A stretch of DNA of 64,000 nt from an uncultured Clostridia bacterium (GTDB lineage: Bacteria > Bacillota > Clostridia > TANB77 > CAG-508), in assembly GCA_934162255.1 (NCBI GenBank), contig CAKPIG010000004.1:23050-87049 (forward strand), read 5' to 3'. Position numbers and translations under genes: made by a program. Of the stretch, positions 32,040 to 41,352 are shown piece after piece; the first letter of the stretch is position 1; each line of letters starts with the position of its first letter. The notes under the pieces were generated by a model. That model saw nothing but the letters and a program-made list of their open reading frames with translations. It did no database searches and was not told the DNA's origin.

Positions 32040-34793
32040 ATGAAGAATAAAAATCTTTTGGATAAAGTACTAGTTGCTGTAATTATTACAATGATAGTAT
32101 TATTTAAAAATACTATTATAAATAATAAAGTAAAAGCAATTTCAACTGAAGCAAATGAACATGTAAGAGTATTTATAGAAGAGAGTGTAGATGAAAAAAC
32201 ATATTATAGTAATACAAACAAAATTAATATATCAGGATGGAGAATGGCAGATTTTTCTAACAATCAAATAAAGGCTTATGTTGATGAAAAAGAATTAAGT
32301 AATGAACAAATTATTAATTATGAAAGAAAAGATGTAATTGCAGTAATAAAGAATTGTGGAACAGCAGAACAAAATCCAACACCAGGATTTGTTGTTAATA
32401 TGAATATAGAAAATTTATCAGAAGGAAAACATACATTAAAGGTTGATTTTATAACAGAAAAAGAACAAGTTATTGAAACATATGAAAGTAATTTTTATAT
32501 AGATAGACAATTATATGTAGAATATGAAGGACATGTTCAAAATGTAGGATGGCAAAATTATGTAAAAAATGGTCAAACTGCTGGAACAGAAGGACATAGT
32601 TTAAGGTTAGAAGCTTTTAAAGCAAAATTAGTGAATGCACCAAATGGAGTAAAAATTAAATATAGAGCAGTTACAGAAAATGGCAATTGGGGAGATTGGC
32701 AAGAAGATGGGCAAATATCAGGTACAGTAGGAAAAAGCTTAAAACTAGAGGCAATACAGATTAAGCTAGAAGGAACAGAAGAGTATTCAATATCATATAG
32801 AGCACATATACAAAATTTAGGATGGCAAGAGTGGAAAAAAGATGCTGAAACAGCAGGTTTTGAGGATAGAAGAATAGAAGCTATACAAATAAAAATAGTA
32901 AATAAAGAAAAACATGTAAGAATGTTTATTGAAACCACAGCTCAAAATAAAACGTATTATAGTGATACAAAAGAAGTTAGTATATCAGGATGGAGAATGG
33001 CAGACTTTTCGGGCAGTCAAATAAAAGCTTATTTGGATGATAAAGAAATAGAAAGTAAAAATATTACAAATTACGAAAGAAAAGATGTAATAGCAGTAAT
33101 AAAAAATTGTGGAACAGCAAAACAAAATCCAAAACCGGGTTTTTCAGTTAATGTTAATATAGAAGATTTGAAACAGGGGAAACATACTATAAAATTAAAT
33201 ATAGTAACTCAAACCAAAAATGAGGTTATTTCTACATATATGTGTGAATTTTATGTAGATAGAAAATTACATATAGCATATTCTGGACATGTTCAAAATG
33301 TAGGATGGCAAGATTCAGTTTATGATGGACAAATTGCAGGAATAGAAAATAGTGGGTTAAGATTAGAAGCTCTTAAGATTGATATAATAAACTCAGATCA
33401 AAATGCTAAAATAAAATATAAAACATATGTAGAAGGAAAAGGTTGGGAGGATTGGAAAAACGATGGAGAAATAGCAGGGACAGTAGGCAAAAAATTAAAA
33501 ACAGAAGCTATTAAAATAATACTAGAAAATACAAATGAATATAGTGTGGAATATCAGACATTTATAGAAGGTATAGGATGGCAAGAGTGGGCAAATGATG
33601 GAGAAACGTCTGGTAAAATAGATCAAAGAATAGAAGCAATAAAAATAAGAATAATACCTAAAATAACAGAAAAAACATGGATATATTTAGATACTCAAGT
33701 TTCATCTAAGGTTGGGAATGAACCACTTAAAATGATTGGGTGGAACATGACAAATGTAGAAAACTCAAAACTTCAAGTACTTGTTAATGGAAAAGTGGTT
33801 GACACTGATATAAAAAGAACTAAAAGAGATGATGTAATACAAGCAATAAAAGGTTATGGAGGAGAAGAAAAAAATCCTAATCCTGGATTTGAATTTACAA
33901 TCAATTTTGAAAATATGGAACTAGGAAATAAAAATATAAAAATTCAGTGTATCAATTCTAATAACAAAGTAATAGGTGAAAGTGAAATAAATGTTAATGT
34001 AGTACAAAAAATGGAATATTCAGAAGGAGTTTATGGTGCAACTGGATTAAGACTTGATGGAAGAGGAGGCAGTGATTTAACATATTTAAAATATGGAAAT
34101 GGAGAAAATGTATTTTTTGCTACATTTGCAATACATGGATATGAAGATAAATGGGCAAAAGATGGATATGAATTAGTGGATATAGCAAAACAATTTTACA
34201 ATAGATTGTTATCAGACAAAGATTATGACTTGGCAGAAAAATGGACTATATATATTTTCCCTGGAGTTAATATGGATGGTTTAACAAATGGATGGACTAA
34301 TAATGGACCAGGAAGAACTACAGTTTATAGTTTTGCACCTGGAAATAAAGGGGTAGACATGAATAGATGTTGGCAAGTAGGAAACTCATATCAAAGATTT
34401 ACTGATGATAGAAACTATAATGGAACATCTGGCTTTCAAGCATATGAGGCACGTTATTTAATGAATTTTATGCTAGAACATAAATCTAAAAAAGGTCAAA
34501 CATTAGTAGTGGATTTACATGGATGGACTCAGCAATTAATAGGAGACGAAAATATATGTTCATATTATGAAAAACAATTTCCAGAAAATAATAAATCATC
34601 TGTTGGAAGATATGGAAATGGTTATATGATAAATTGGGCTAGAAGTTATTTGGGATCAGCAGGAAGACCAGCAAAATCAGCATTAATAGAATTGCCAAAG
34701 CAAAATGTTACAGGACATCAATCTGTAGTTAACATGAAATTTGCAGATAGATATATAACATCAACTTTAGAAATGTTAAAAACAATTATTTAA
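32040..34793 (+). CDS. secreted cell-wall protein: signal peptide, three copies of an Ig-like module, two triplets of ChW (clostridial hydrophobic W) repeats and a C-terminal M14 zinc-carboxypeptidase-like domain
   Basis: N-terminal signal/TM. ChW consensus GHVQNVGWQ.W...G..AGT.G...RLEA.KI.L repeated six times. The C-terminal domain has HGYE (H-x-x-E) and DLHGW zinc-ligand motifs like gamma-D-Glu-DAP peptidase I / M14. Confidence 0.8.
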   Translation: MKNKNLLDKVLVAVIITMIVLFKNTIINNKVKAISTEANEHVRVFIEESVDEKTYYSNTNKINISGWRMADFSNNQIKAYVDEKELSNEQIINYERKDVIAVIKNCGTAEQNPTPGFVVNMNIENLSEGKHTLKVDFITEKEQVIETYESNFYIDRQLYVEYEGHVQNVGWQNYVKNGQTAGTEGHSLRLEAFKAKLVNAPNGVKIKYRAVTENGNWGDWQEDGQISGTVGKSLKLEAIQIKLEGTEEYSISYRAHIQNLGWQEWKKDAETAGFEDRRIEAIQIKIVNKEKHVRMFIETTAQNKTYYSDTKEVSISGWRMADFSGSQIKAYLDDKEIESKNITNYERKDVIAVIKNCGTAKQNPKPGFSVNVNIEDLKQGKHTIKLNIVTQTKNEVISTYMCEFYVDRKLHIAYSGHVQNVGWQDSVYDGQIAGIENSGLRLEALKIDIINSDQNAKIKYKTYVEGKGWEDWKNDGEIAGTVGKKLKTEAIKIILENTNEYSVEYQTFIEGIGWQEWANDGETSGKIDQRIEAIKIRIIPKITEKTWIYLDTQVSSKVGNEPLKMIGWNMTNVENSKLQVLVNGKVVDTDIKRTKRDDVIQAIKGYGGEEKNPNPGFEFTINFENMELGNKNIKIQCINSNNKVIGESEINVNVVQKMEYSEGVYGATGLRLDGRGGSDLTYLKYGNGENVFFATFAIHGYEDKWAKDGYELVDIAKQFYNRLLSDKDYDLAEKWTIYIFPGVNMDGLTNGWTNNGPGRTTVYSFAPGNKGVDMNRCWQVGNSYQRFTDDRNYNGTSGFQAYEARYLMNFMLEHKSKKGQTLVVDLHGWTQQLIGDENICSYYEKQFPENNKSSVGRYGNGYMINWARSYLGSAGRPAKSALIELPKQNVTGHQSVVNMKFADRYITSTLEMLKTII
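32190..33650 (+). repeat. internal tandem duplication (about 750 bp, about 80% nt identity) of the Ig-like plus 3xChW module inside the wall-protein gene; a third partial copy of the Ig-like module lies at about 33660-33960
   Basis: Segments beginning near 32205 and 32950 align nearly base for base. Both carry ATATCAGGATGGAGAATGGCAGA and GTAATAAA-AATTGTGGAACAGCA-AACAAAATCCA. Confidence 0.8.
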
Positions 34794-34804
34794 AAGAAAG
34801 GATA

Positions 34805-34830
34805 AAGGGTTATATATGTAACCCTTTTAT
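34805..34830 (+). terminator. rho-independent terminator after the ChW/M14 gene
   Basis: AAGGGTTA tatatg TAACCCTT then TTAT. Confidence 0.75.
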
Positions 34831-34838
34831 TTATAGTT

Positions 34839-35582
34839 ATGAAGAATAAAATTAAATTAATAAGTTTAATTGCAACTATAATCGTTGCAATTTTAGTACT
34901 TACTATAGTAGTAGTAAGTAAAAAAAGTGAAAAACCAGTATCAAATGAAGGATATGAAGAAAATATAAATACTGAGGAAGAAAAAACAAAAGAAACAGAA
35001 GTTGAAGATGTAGAAGAATTAAAGGAGCAAACTGGAAAGACTGGTGCAGCAGAATTATATGAAATACAAAATGGATATGGAGATGTAAAAGTTGCAACAA
35101 TAAAATCTAGTATAAAATATAAAGTTGCATTTTCTGGAATGATAAAAGGAAGTAAACCAGAAATAGAGGAATTAGATAATATTATAGAAAAGGAACATCC
35201 TAAAAATAACGGGATATGGATATTTGAAAAAGACAGAAATACAGTACTAGACTATTTAAAAAGTGTGACATTATCACAATATTCAGTTAATCAAGATGGA
35301 TATTTAAAAATAGATAATAAAGAACAACAAAATGATTATGATAAGAAAATCGAAAAAGCAATAAATAGTGATAAATTGTATGTTTTAAATGTATCTAGTA
35401 AGTATTATATTGTAGATGAAATAACAGGAGAGATATTAGATTATTCATTTGAAGATATGGACGAATATCAAACATATGAGTATTCTGAGGATAATAATAA
35501 ATTGATTATTTTTATAACAGAAAACAAGAAAAATCAATTAAATAAAGAGACAATTATTAAGAGTGTTGTAGATTTATTTTAA
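34839..35582 (+). CDS. membrane-anchored hypothetical protein (N-terminal TM, extracytoplasmic domain of about 210 aa)
   Basis: Clean ORF with a hydrophobic N-terminus LISLIATIIVAILVLTIVVV. It lies inside the glycan locus. Confidence 0.6.
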   Translation: MKNKIKLISLIATIIVAILVLTIVVVSKKSEKPVSNEGYEENINTEEEKTKETEVEDVEELKEQTGKTGAAELYEIQNGYGDVKVATIKSSIKYKVAFSGMIKGSKPEIEELDNIIEKEHPKNNGIWIFEKDRNTVLDYLKSVTLSQYSVNQDGYLKIDNKEQQNDYDKKIEKAINSDKLYVLNVSSKYYIVDEITGEILDYSFEDMDEYQTYEYSEDNNKLIIFITENKKNQLNKETIIKSVVDLF

Positions 35583-35594
35583 ATGGCAAATTTA

Positions 35595-35623
35595 TTGACA
35601 AAATATAAAAATAAATGTAGAAT
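35595..35623 (+). promoter_or_regulatory. sigmaA-type promoter of the ABC-transporter/glycosyltransferase operon (TTGACA, 17 nt, TAGAAT)
   Basis: TTGACA at 35595-35600, a 17-nt spacer, TAGAAT at 35618-35623. Confidence 0.65.
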
Positions 35624-35656
35624 ATAAAGGAATATCGAGAGGAGAGAGCATAAACA

Positions 35657-36451
35657 ATGGAATTTATAAAAACGCTATGGAAAAATAAAAGATTAGCATG
35701 GCAACTAGGAAAAAATGATTTTAAAAATAGATTTGCAAATACAAGTTTAGGAAGTATATGGGGATTTCTACAACCATTTGTATTTATGATGATGTATATA
35801 ATTGTATTTCAATATATATTTAAACAGACAGGACCAGAAGGAGCACCATATGTTGTATGGTTTATGCCAGGAATGGCTATGTGGATGACAATAAACGATG
35901 GAATTGTAGGGGCGAGTAATGCAATAAGAGGATACAGTTATTTAGTAAAAAAAGTAGTATTTCCTGTTGATATAATACCAGTAATATCATTATTAGCGAA
36001 TTCATTTGTTTCATTATTTTTAATTACAATAGCAACAATAGTTTGTATTATTTTTAAATTTATACCAAATGTTTTTAAACTAATATACATGATTTTTGCA
36101 GTATATATTTTCTTGATTTCTATTACTAGGTTTACCTCGGCATTAGCAACATTAGTACCTGACTTTTCTAATCTTTTAGGAATTATAATGCAAATAGGAA
36201 TGTGGCTTACACCAGTAGTTTGGGATTTGAGTATGATTGCAGAACATCATACAATATCAAGAGTTATGAAATGTTTGCCTTTCACATATTTAGTAACAGG
36301 ATTTAGAGAGAGTTTTATGGATACAGGAAACATAGTAACAGGAAGCCATGGGATCTACACACTAATATTTTGGGTAATAACAATAGTAATATTCATATGG
36401 GGAAACTATATATTTAAAAAAAGCAAAAAAGATTTTGCGGATGTATTATAA
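35657..36451 (+). CDS. ABC-2 type polysaccharide/teichoic-acid export permease (Wzm/TagG-like)
   Basis: 264 aa with six predicted TM helices. ABC-2 family features. Paired with an ATPase 1 kb downstream. Confidence 0.85.
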   Translation: MEFIKTLWKNKRLAWQLGKNDFKNRFANTSLGSIWGFLQPFVFMMMYIIVFQYIFKQTGPEGAPYVVWFMPGMAMWMTINDGIVGASNAIRGYSYLVKKVVFPVDIIPVISLLANSFVSLFLITIATIVCIIFKFIPNVFKLIYMIFAVYIFLISITRFTSALATLVPDFSNLLGIIMQIGMWLTPVVWDLSMIAEHHTISRVMKCLPFTYLVTGFRESFMDTGNIVTGSHGIYTLIFWVITIVIFIWGNYIFKKSKKDFADVL

Positions 36452-36465
36452 AGTGAGGAAAGAAA

Positions 36466-37461
36466 ATGAATAATGAAACTATAGATATATTACTTCCAAC
36501 ATACAATGGTGAAAAATATTTAAAAGAACAATTGGATAGTATATTAAACCAAACATATAAAAATATTAGATTAATAATCTCAGATGATTGCTCAAAAGAT
36601 ACTACACCGCAAATATTAGAAGAATATAAAAATAAAGATAGTAGAATAGAAGTATATTTTCAAAAAGAAAATATGGGAGTAGTAAAAGGAATAGAATTTC
36701 TTTTAAAAAAAGTAGAAAGCAATTATTATATGTTAGCAGACCAAGATGATGTATGGTTACCAATAAAAGTTGAAAAATCAATAGAAACTTTAAAAAATGA
36801 AAATGCTGATTTAGTATTTGGTGATTTAGAAGTTGTAGATGAAAATTTGAAAACTATATATCCATCATTTGGGGACTTTATGCTATTAAATAAAAAAATA
36901 CATAAATATATAAAAAGTTATAAAATGAACTATTTGTATAATTGTGTAACTGGCTGCACAATATTATCAAAAAAAGAATTTATTGAAAAAATATTACCAA
37001 TACCAAAAACTTCTAAATATTTAATACATGACCACTGGATAAGCCTTATAACATCGTTAAATGGAAAACTTGTATATATGCCAGAAAAATATATAAAATA
37101 TAGACAACATGGAAATAACCAAATAGGAACAGAAAAAATATCACATGGATTTAAAGAATTAGAACAAGTAAGAGAATTATTCATAAATGTGAAATTGGGA
37201 GTTTTTGGAACATATGTAAATAATAAAGAAAAATTTCCAAAGAAATTACAAAAGCAAAATCAAGAAGCATTTAATTATTTTAATGATATAAAAAATAAAA
37301 AAAACTTTAATTTTAAAGGATGGAGAATATTTCATCAATTATATAAAACAGAAAATGGATTATATTATATAGAAAATTTTGTTATTATGAATATGCCATT
37401 TATAGGGAGAGTTTTATTTAAAATAAGATATAGAGTATTAAAATTGCTAAAAAGGAGATAA
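36466..37461 (+). CDS. family 2 glycosyltransferase
   Basis: IDILLPTYNGEKYLKEQLDSILNQTYKNIRLIISDDCSKD and a DxD-type ADQDD. Confidence 0.85.
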   Translation: MNNETIDILLPTYNGEKYLKEQLDSILNQTYKNIRLIISDDCSKDTTPQILEEYKNKDSRIEVYFQKENMGVVKGIEFLLKKVESNYYMLADQDDVWLPIKVEKSIETLKNENADLVFGDLEVVDENLKTIYPSFGDFMLLNKKIHKYIKSYKMNYLYNCVTGCTILSKKEFIEKILPIPKTSKYLIHDHWISLITSLNGKLVYMPEKYIKYRQHGNNQIGTEKISHGFKELEQVRELFINVKLGVFGTYVNNKEKFPKKLQKQNQEAFNYFNDIKNKKNFNFKGWRIFHQLYKTENGLYYIENFVIMNMPFIGRVLFKIRYRVLKLLKRR

Positions 37462-37469
37462 AACAAAAT

Positions 37470-38831
37470 ATGGAGAAAAAAACAGCAAATTCATCAGAAG
37501 TAGTATTAAAAATAGAAGGACTTTCAAAGGGATATAAGATGTTTGCTAGGAAGAAGGATAGAATAATAGAAACATTATTTCCAATGGTAGAAAGACATGG
37601 GATTTTTGAAGCTATGCATGATTTTAATTTAGAAGTAAAAAAGGGAGAAGTATTAGGAGTACTAGGAAAAAACGGAGCTGGAAAATCTACATTACTAAAG
37701 ATGATTACAGGTGTTGTTACTCCAACTTCAGGAACAATTGAATCAAAAGGAAAAATTAGTTCTTTACTTGAATTAGGAACAGCATTTAACCAAGAACTAA
37801 CAGGCTATGAAAATATTTATCAGCATGGACAAGTCATGGGATTGACAAATGAAGAAATAAAAAGTAGGGAAAAAGAAATTATAGAATTTGCAGATATTGG
37901 AGAGCACTTATATCAACCTGTAAAAACATATTCATCAGGTATGTTTGCAAGACTTGCATTTGCATGTGCAATTAATGTTGATCCAGATATATTAATTGTT
38001 GATGAAGTATTATCTGTCGGAGATATGTCATTTCAATTAAAATGTTTTAAAAAATTTCAACAATTTAAAGAAAGCGGAAAAACAATACTATTTGTAACTC
38101 ATAGTATAACAGATGTTTTAAGAAATTGTACTAGAACAATAATAATAGATGCAGGTAGAAAAATATTTGATGGAGATGTAAAAGAAGGTGTAGAAAAATA
38201 TAAAAAAATAATAGTAGGTTTAGACGAAAAGCAAAGCAAAACAGGACTTCAAACAGATAAACAAATACTTGAAGAAAATCCTAATTATCAAAGTAATGTA
38301 GAAGTAGAAGGAGAAGAATGGAAAAAGCATTTTAATGAAAATCCAAACTTGATTGATTATGGAAATGGGGCAGCACAGGTTATTGATTATGGAATGTTTG
38401 ATGAAAAAGGTAATTATATTTCTGTATTAGAAAACGACAAAACAGTAATTTTAAAATCGAAGATATTATTCAAACAAGACGTAAAAGACCCCATATTTAC
38501 AATGACAGTAAAAGATTTTAAAGGTTTAGAAATGGCAGGGACAAATACACTTATAGAAAAAGTTGCAACAGGAGAATATAAAAAAGGAGATGTTGTAACA
38601 GCTGAATTTAAACAAATAATAAATGTAGCTCCAGGAAAGTACACACTATCATTTAGTTGTACGCATTTTAATCATAAAGGAGAACTAGAAGTATTAAACA
38701 GAAAATATGATGCATTATTAATAGAAGTACTATCTACAAAAGATACAGTAGGATTAATGAGATTAGACTCTAAAATAAAAATAGAAAAAATAAATAGAGG
38801 CAAAGATGAAAAAGAAAAAAATAATATATAG
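37470..38831 (+). CDS. ABC transporter ATP-binding protein (Wzt/TagH-like) with a C-terminal glycan-terminus-binding beta-sandwich domain of about 200 aa
   Basis: Walker A GKNGAGKST, signature SSGMFARLAF, Walker B ILIVDE. 453 aa, about 200 aa longer than a bare NBD. The extra region is predicted beta-rich, like the Wzt C-terminal CBD. Confidence 0.85.
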   Translation: MEKKTANSSEVVLKIEGLSKGYKMFARKKDRIIETLFPMVERHGIFEAMHDFNLEVKKGEVLGVLGKNGAGKSTLLKMITGVVTPTSGTIESKGKISSLLELGTAFNQELTGYENIYQHGQVMGLTNEEIKSREKEIIEFADIGEHLYQPVKTYSSGMFARLAFACAINVDPDILIVDEVLSVGDMSFQLKCFKKFQQFKESGKTILFVTHSITDVLRNCTRTIIIDAGRKIFDGDVKEGVEKYKKIIVGLDEKQSKTGLQTDKQILEENPNYQSNVEVEGEEWKKHFNENPNLIDYGNGAAQVIDYGMFDEKGNYISVLENDKTVILKSKILFKQDVKDPIFTMTVKDFKGLEMAGTNTLIEKVATGEYKKGDVVTAEFKQIINVAPGKYTLSFSCTHFNHKGELEVLNRKYDALLIEVLSTKDTVGLMRLDSKIKIEKINRGKDEKEKNNI

Positions 38832-39705
38832 TGGTTTAATAATTATAATAATACTTTTTATAATAACATTTATATATAATTATAATATAAAAAATAAAAT
38901 GAACACAACTCTAGAACAACTACAAAATAATGGAAAAAGTCAAATGATGGGATACATTATAAAAACAGACAACAATAAAGTTATAGTTATAGATGGAGGA
39001 ACATCAGATGATACAACAAATTTGGTAAATAAAATAAACGAATATACTGGAAGAGTTGATTATTGGTTTATTACACATCCACATAGAGACCATGCTACAT
39101 GCTTTATAGACATTGTAAATAACTATAATATAGATATAGGAAAAGTATATGTAACAGTTAATGATGAAGAATGGTATAAAGAACATGGAGAAGGAAGAGA
39201 TGAGGAATGTATTAGATTTTTAAATACATTAAAAGAAGAAAAAATCGCTAATAAAGTAGAAGAAGTATATCTAAATGAAGAAATACAAATAGATAATATA
39301 AAATGTGAGATATTAGGAATTAAAAATCCAGAAATAACTATTAACTCAGTAAATAATTCAAGTATGGTAATAAAAATGACAACTAAGAACAACAGTATAT
39401 TATTTTTAGGGGATACTGGTGCTGAAAGTGGAAGTAAACTATTAGAAAATCAATCAGAGAAATTAAAAGTAAATATACTACAAATGGCACATCATGGACA
39501 AAAGGGTGTTACCAAAGAAGTATATAACTTTATAAAACCTCAAATTTGTTTATGGCCAACACCAGATTGGTTATGGATAAATGACGCTGGTAATGGAGAA
39601 GATTCAGGTCCATGGAAAACAAAAGAAACAAGACAATGGATAGAGGAATTAAATGTAAAAAACAATATTATAGAAAAAGATGGTAATATAAAAATTTCAA
39701 TTTAA
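38806..39705 (+). CDS. membrane-anchored MBL-fold metallo-hydrolase
   Basis: N-terminal TM. The HxHxDH motif ITHPHRDHA and a downstream MAHHGQ. Confidence 0.8.
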   Translation: MKKKKIIYSGLIIIIILFIITFIYNYNIKNKMNTTLEQLQNNGKSQMMGYIIKTDNNKVIVIDGGTSDDTTNLVNKINEYTGRVDYWFITHPHRDHATCFIDIVNNYNIDIGKVYVTVNDEEWYKEHGEGRDEECIRFLNTLKEEKIANKVEEVYLNEEIQIDNIKCEILGIKNPEITINSVNNSSMVIKMTTKNNSILFLGDTGAESGSKLLENQSEKLKVNILQMAHHGQKGVTKEVYNFIKPQICLWPTPDWLWINDAGNGEDSGPWKTKETRQWIEELNVKNNIIEKDGNIKISI

Positions 39706-39717
39706 GGAGGGAAAAAA

Positions 39718-41337
39718 ATGAAAATAGTTCAAAGTGCTAATATATTGAATTGGTATCCTTTCAAGGAAAATCAAAAAGTACTAAATATTGGAGAACAATT
39801 AGAAGAACTTACTAGATTGTTGGCTAATAAATGTTCTAGAGTTCAAAATGTTAACCAAATATCTGAAATTGACAATATAAATGAAAGATTTGACATAATA
39901 ACATTAATAGGCATAAATGAATATGAGAGAATTAACTTGAAATATGTAATCAAAAAATTAGAAAATAGTCTAGATGTTAATGGAAAGATATTAATGGCAA
40001 TAGATAATAAATTTGGGCTAAAATTTTGGGCAGGAAATCCCGAAAAAATATTAGACAAAAAATTTATTAGCCTAATTGGATATAATAATGAACCCGAAAA
40101 AATTGAAACATACACTAAAAAATATATCGAAAAAGTATTACAAGAGATGGGATATAATACAAGGTTTTATTATCCATTGCCAGATTATAAAGTACCTAAT
40201 GTAATATTTACAGATGAGCAATTACCAAAATATAATAGTATTGACAAATATAATCCTTATTATTCAGAAAAATCAGATATATTATTTAATGAAATTGATG
40301 TATTTAGAGAAATATTAAAAACGGATAAAGAAATGTTTGCATTTTTTACTAATTCATTTTTAGTAGAAATTACAAAAGGAGAATGTGACAAAACATATAA
40401 ATATATATCATTTAATAATATGAGAAAGCCCGAGTACCAATTAATAACAAAAATTGCAGATACTTATGTTGAAAAACAAATAGTAAATGAAAATGCTCAA
40501 AAACATTATGAAGACATTAAAAATAATATAATATATTTACAAAAAAATGGAGTAAATCTTGTAGATTATATAGATGGAAAAAACATAAAAAGTAAATATA
40601 TAGAACAAAAGTATTTATTAAACAATGTACTTACAGAAAAACTAGAACAAAATAAAATAGACGAATTTGAGAAAATTATTGAAAAATATATAAATGAAAT
40701 TAGTATAAATACATTTAAAATTGAAAACTATGAAGATACAGTTTTTGGAAAATATAATATAGAAACAGAAAATAAAGACATTATAAATAATTTGCACTTT
40801 ATGAAAAATGGTTTATGGGATATGACATTTAAAAACTGTTTTTTAATAGAAAATGAATTGTATTTTTTTGACCAAGAATGGAATGCAGAAAATCTACCTG
40901 TGGAATATATACTATATAGAGCAATATTCTATACAATTTCATTAAGAAGATTTATATCAATAGAAAAATTATTTGATAAATATAATTTAACAGCATATAT
41001 AGAATTATTTAAAAGGTTAGATGATAAAATACAAGCTGAGATTAGAGATGATGAGAGATGGAAATTTTATTCTCAAAATTATAATTTTAATATTGATGAA
41101 ACAAAACAAGAATTAAAAAATATACAACTAAGAAGTGATGAACAGCAAACAGAAATAAATAATTTAAATAAAAGATTTGAAGCACAACAACTTGAAAACA
41201 ATAATTTAAAAGAAGAAAATAAGCAATTAAAAGAAAAAATAAATAGTATAAATAAAGAAAAAGATAAACTTCAAACAGAAATAAACAGTACATTTTTCAA
41301 TAAGGTAAAAAGAAAAATAAAAAGAATTATAAAATAG
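39718..41337 (+). CDS. WbdD-like chain-terminator candidate: N-terminal class I methyltransferase-like domain, central protein-kinase-like/APH-like motifs, C-terminal coiled coil
   Basis: A motif I-like VLNIGEQLEELTRLLA. Kinase catalytic-loop-like NGLWDMTFKNCFLIENELYFFDQEW (D...N...D). A 90-aa C-terminal heptad-rich segment (NNLNKRFEAQQLENNNLKEENKQLKEKINSINKEKDKLQTEIN). Confidence 0.6.
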   Translation: MKIVQSANILNWYPFKENQKVLNIGEQLEELTRLLANKCSRVQNVNQISEIDNINERFDIITLIGINEYERINLKYVIKKLENSLDVNGKILMAIDNKFGLKFWAGNPEKILDKKFISLIGYNNEPEKIETYTKKYIEKVLQEMGYNTRFYYPLPDYKVPNVIFTDEQLPKYNSIDKYNPYYSEKSDILFNEIDVFREILKTDKEMFAFFTNSFLVEITKGECDKTYKYISFNNMRKPEYQLITKIADTYVEKQIVNENAQKHYEDIKNNIIYLQKNGVNLVDYIDGKNIKSKYIEQKYLLNNVLTEKLEQNKIDEFEKIIEKYINEISINTFKIENYEDTVFGKYNIETENKDIINNLHFMKNGLWDMTFKNCFLIENELYFFDQEWNAENLPVEYILYRAIFYTISLRRFISIEKLFDKYNLTAYIELFKRLDDKIQAEIRDDERWKFYSQNYNFNIDETKQELKNIQLRSDEQQTEINNLNKRFEAQQLENNNLKEENKQLKEKINSINKEKDKLQTEINSTFFNKVKRKIKRIIK

Positions 41338-41352
41338 AAAGGATGTTTATAT

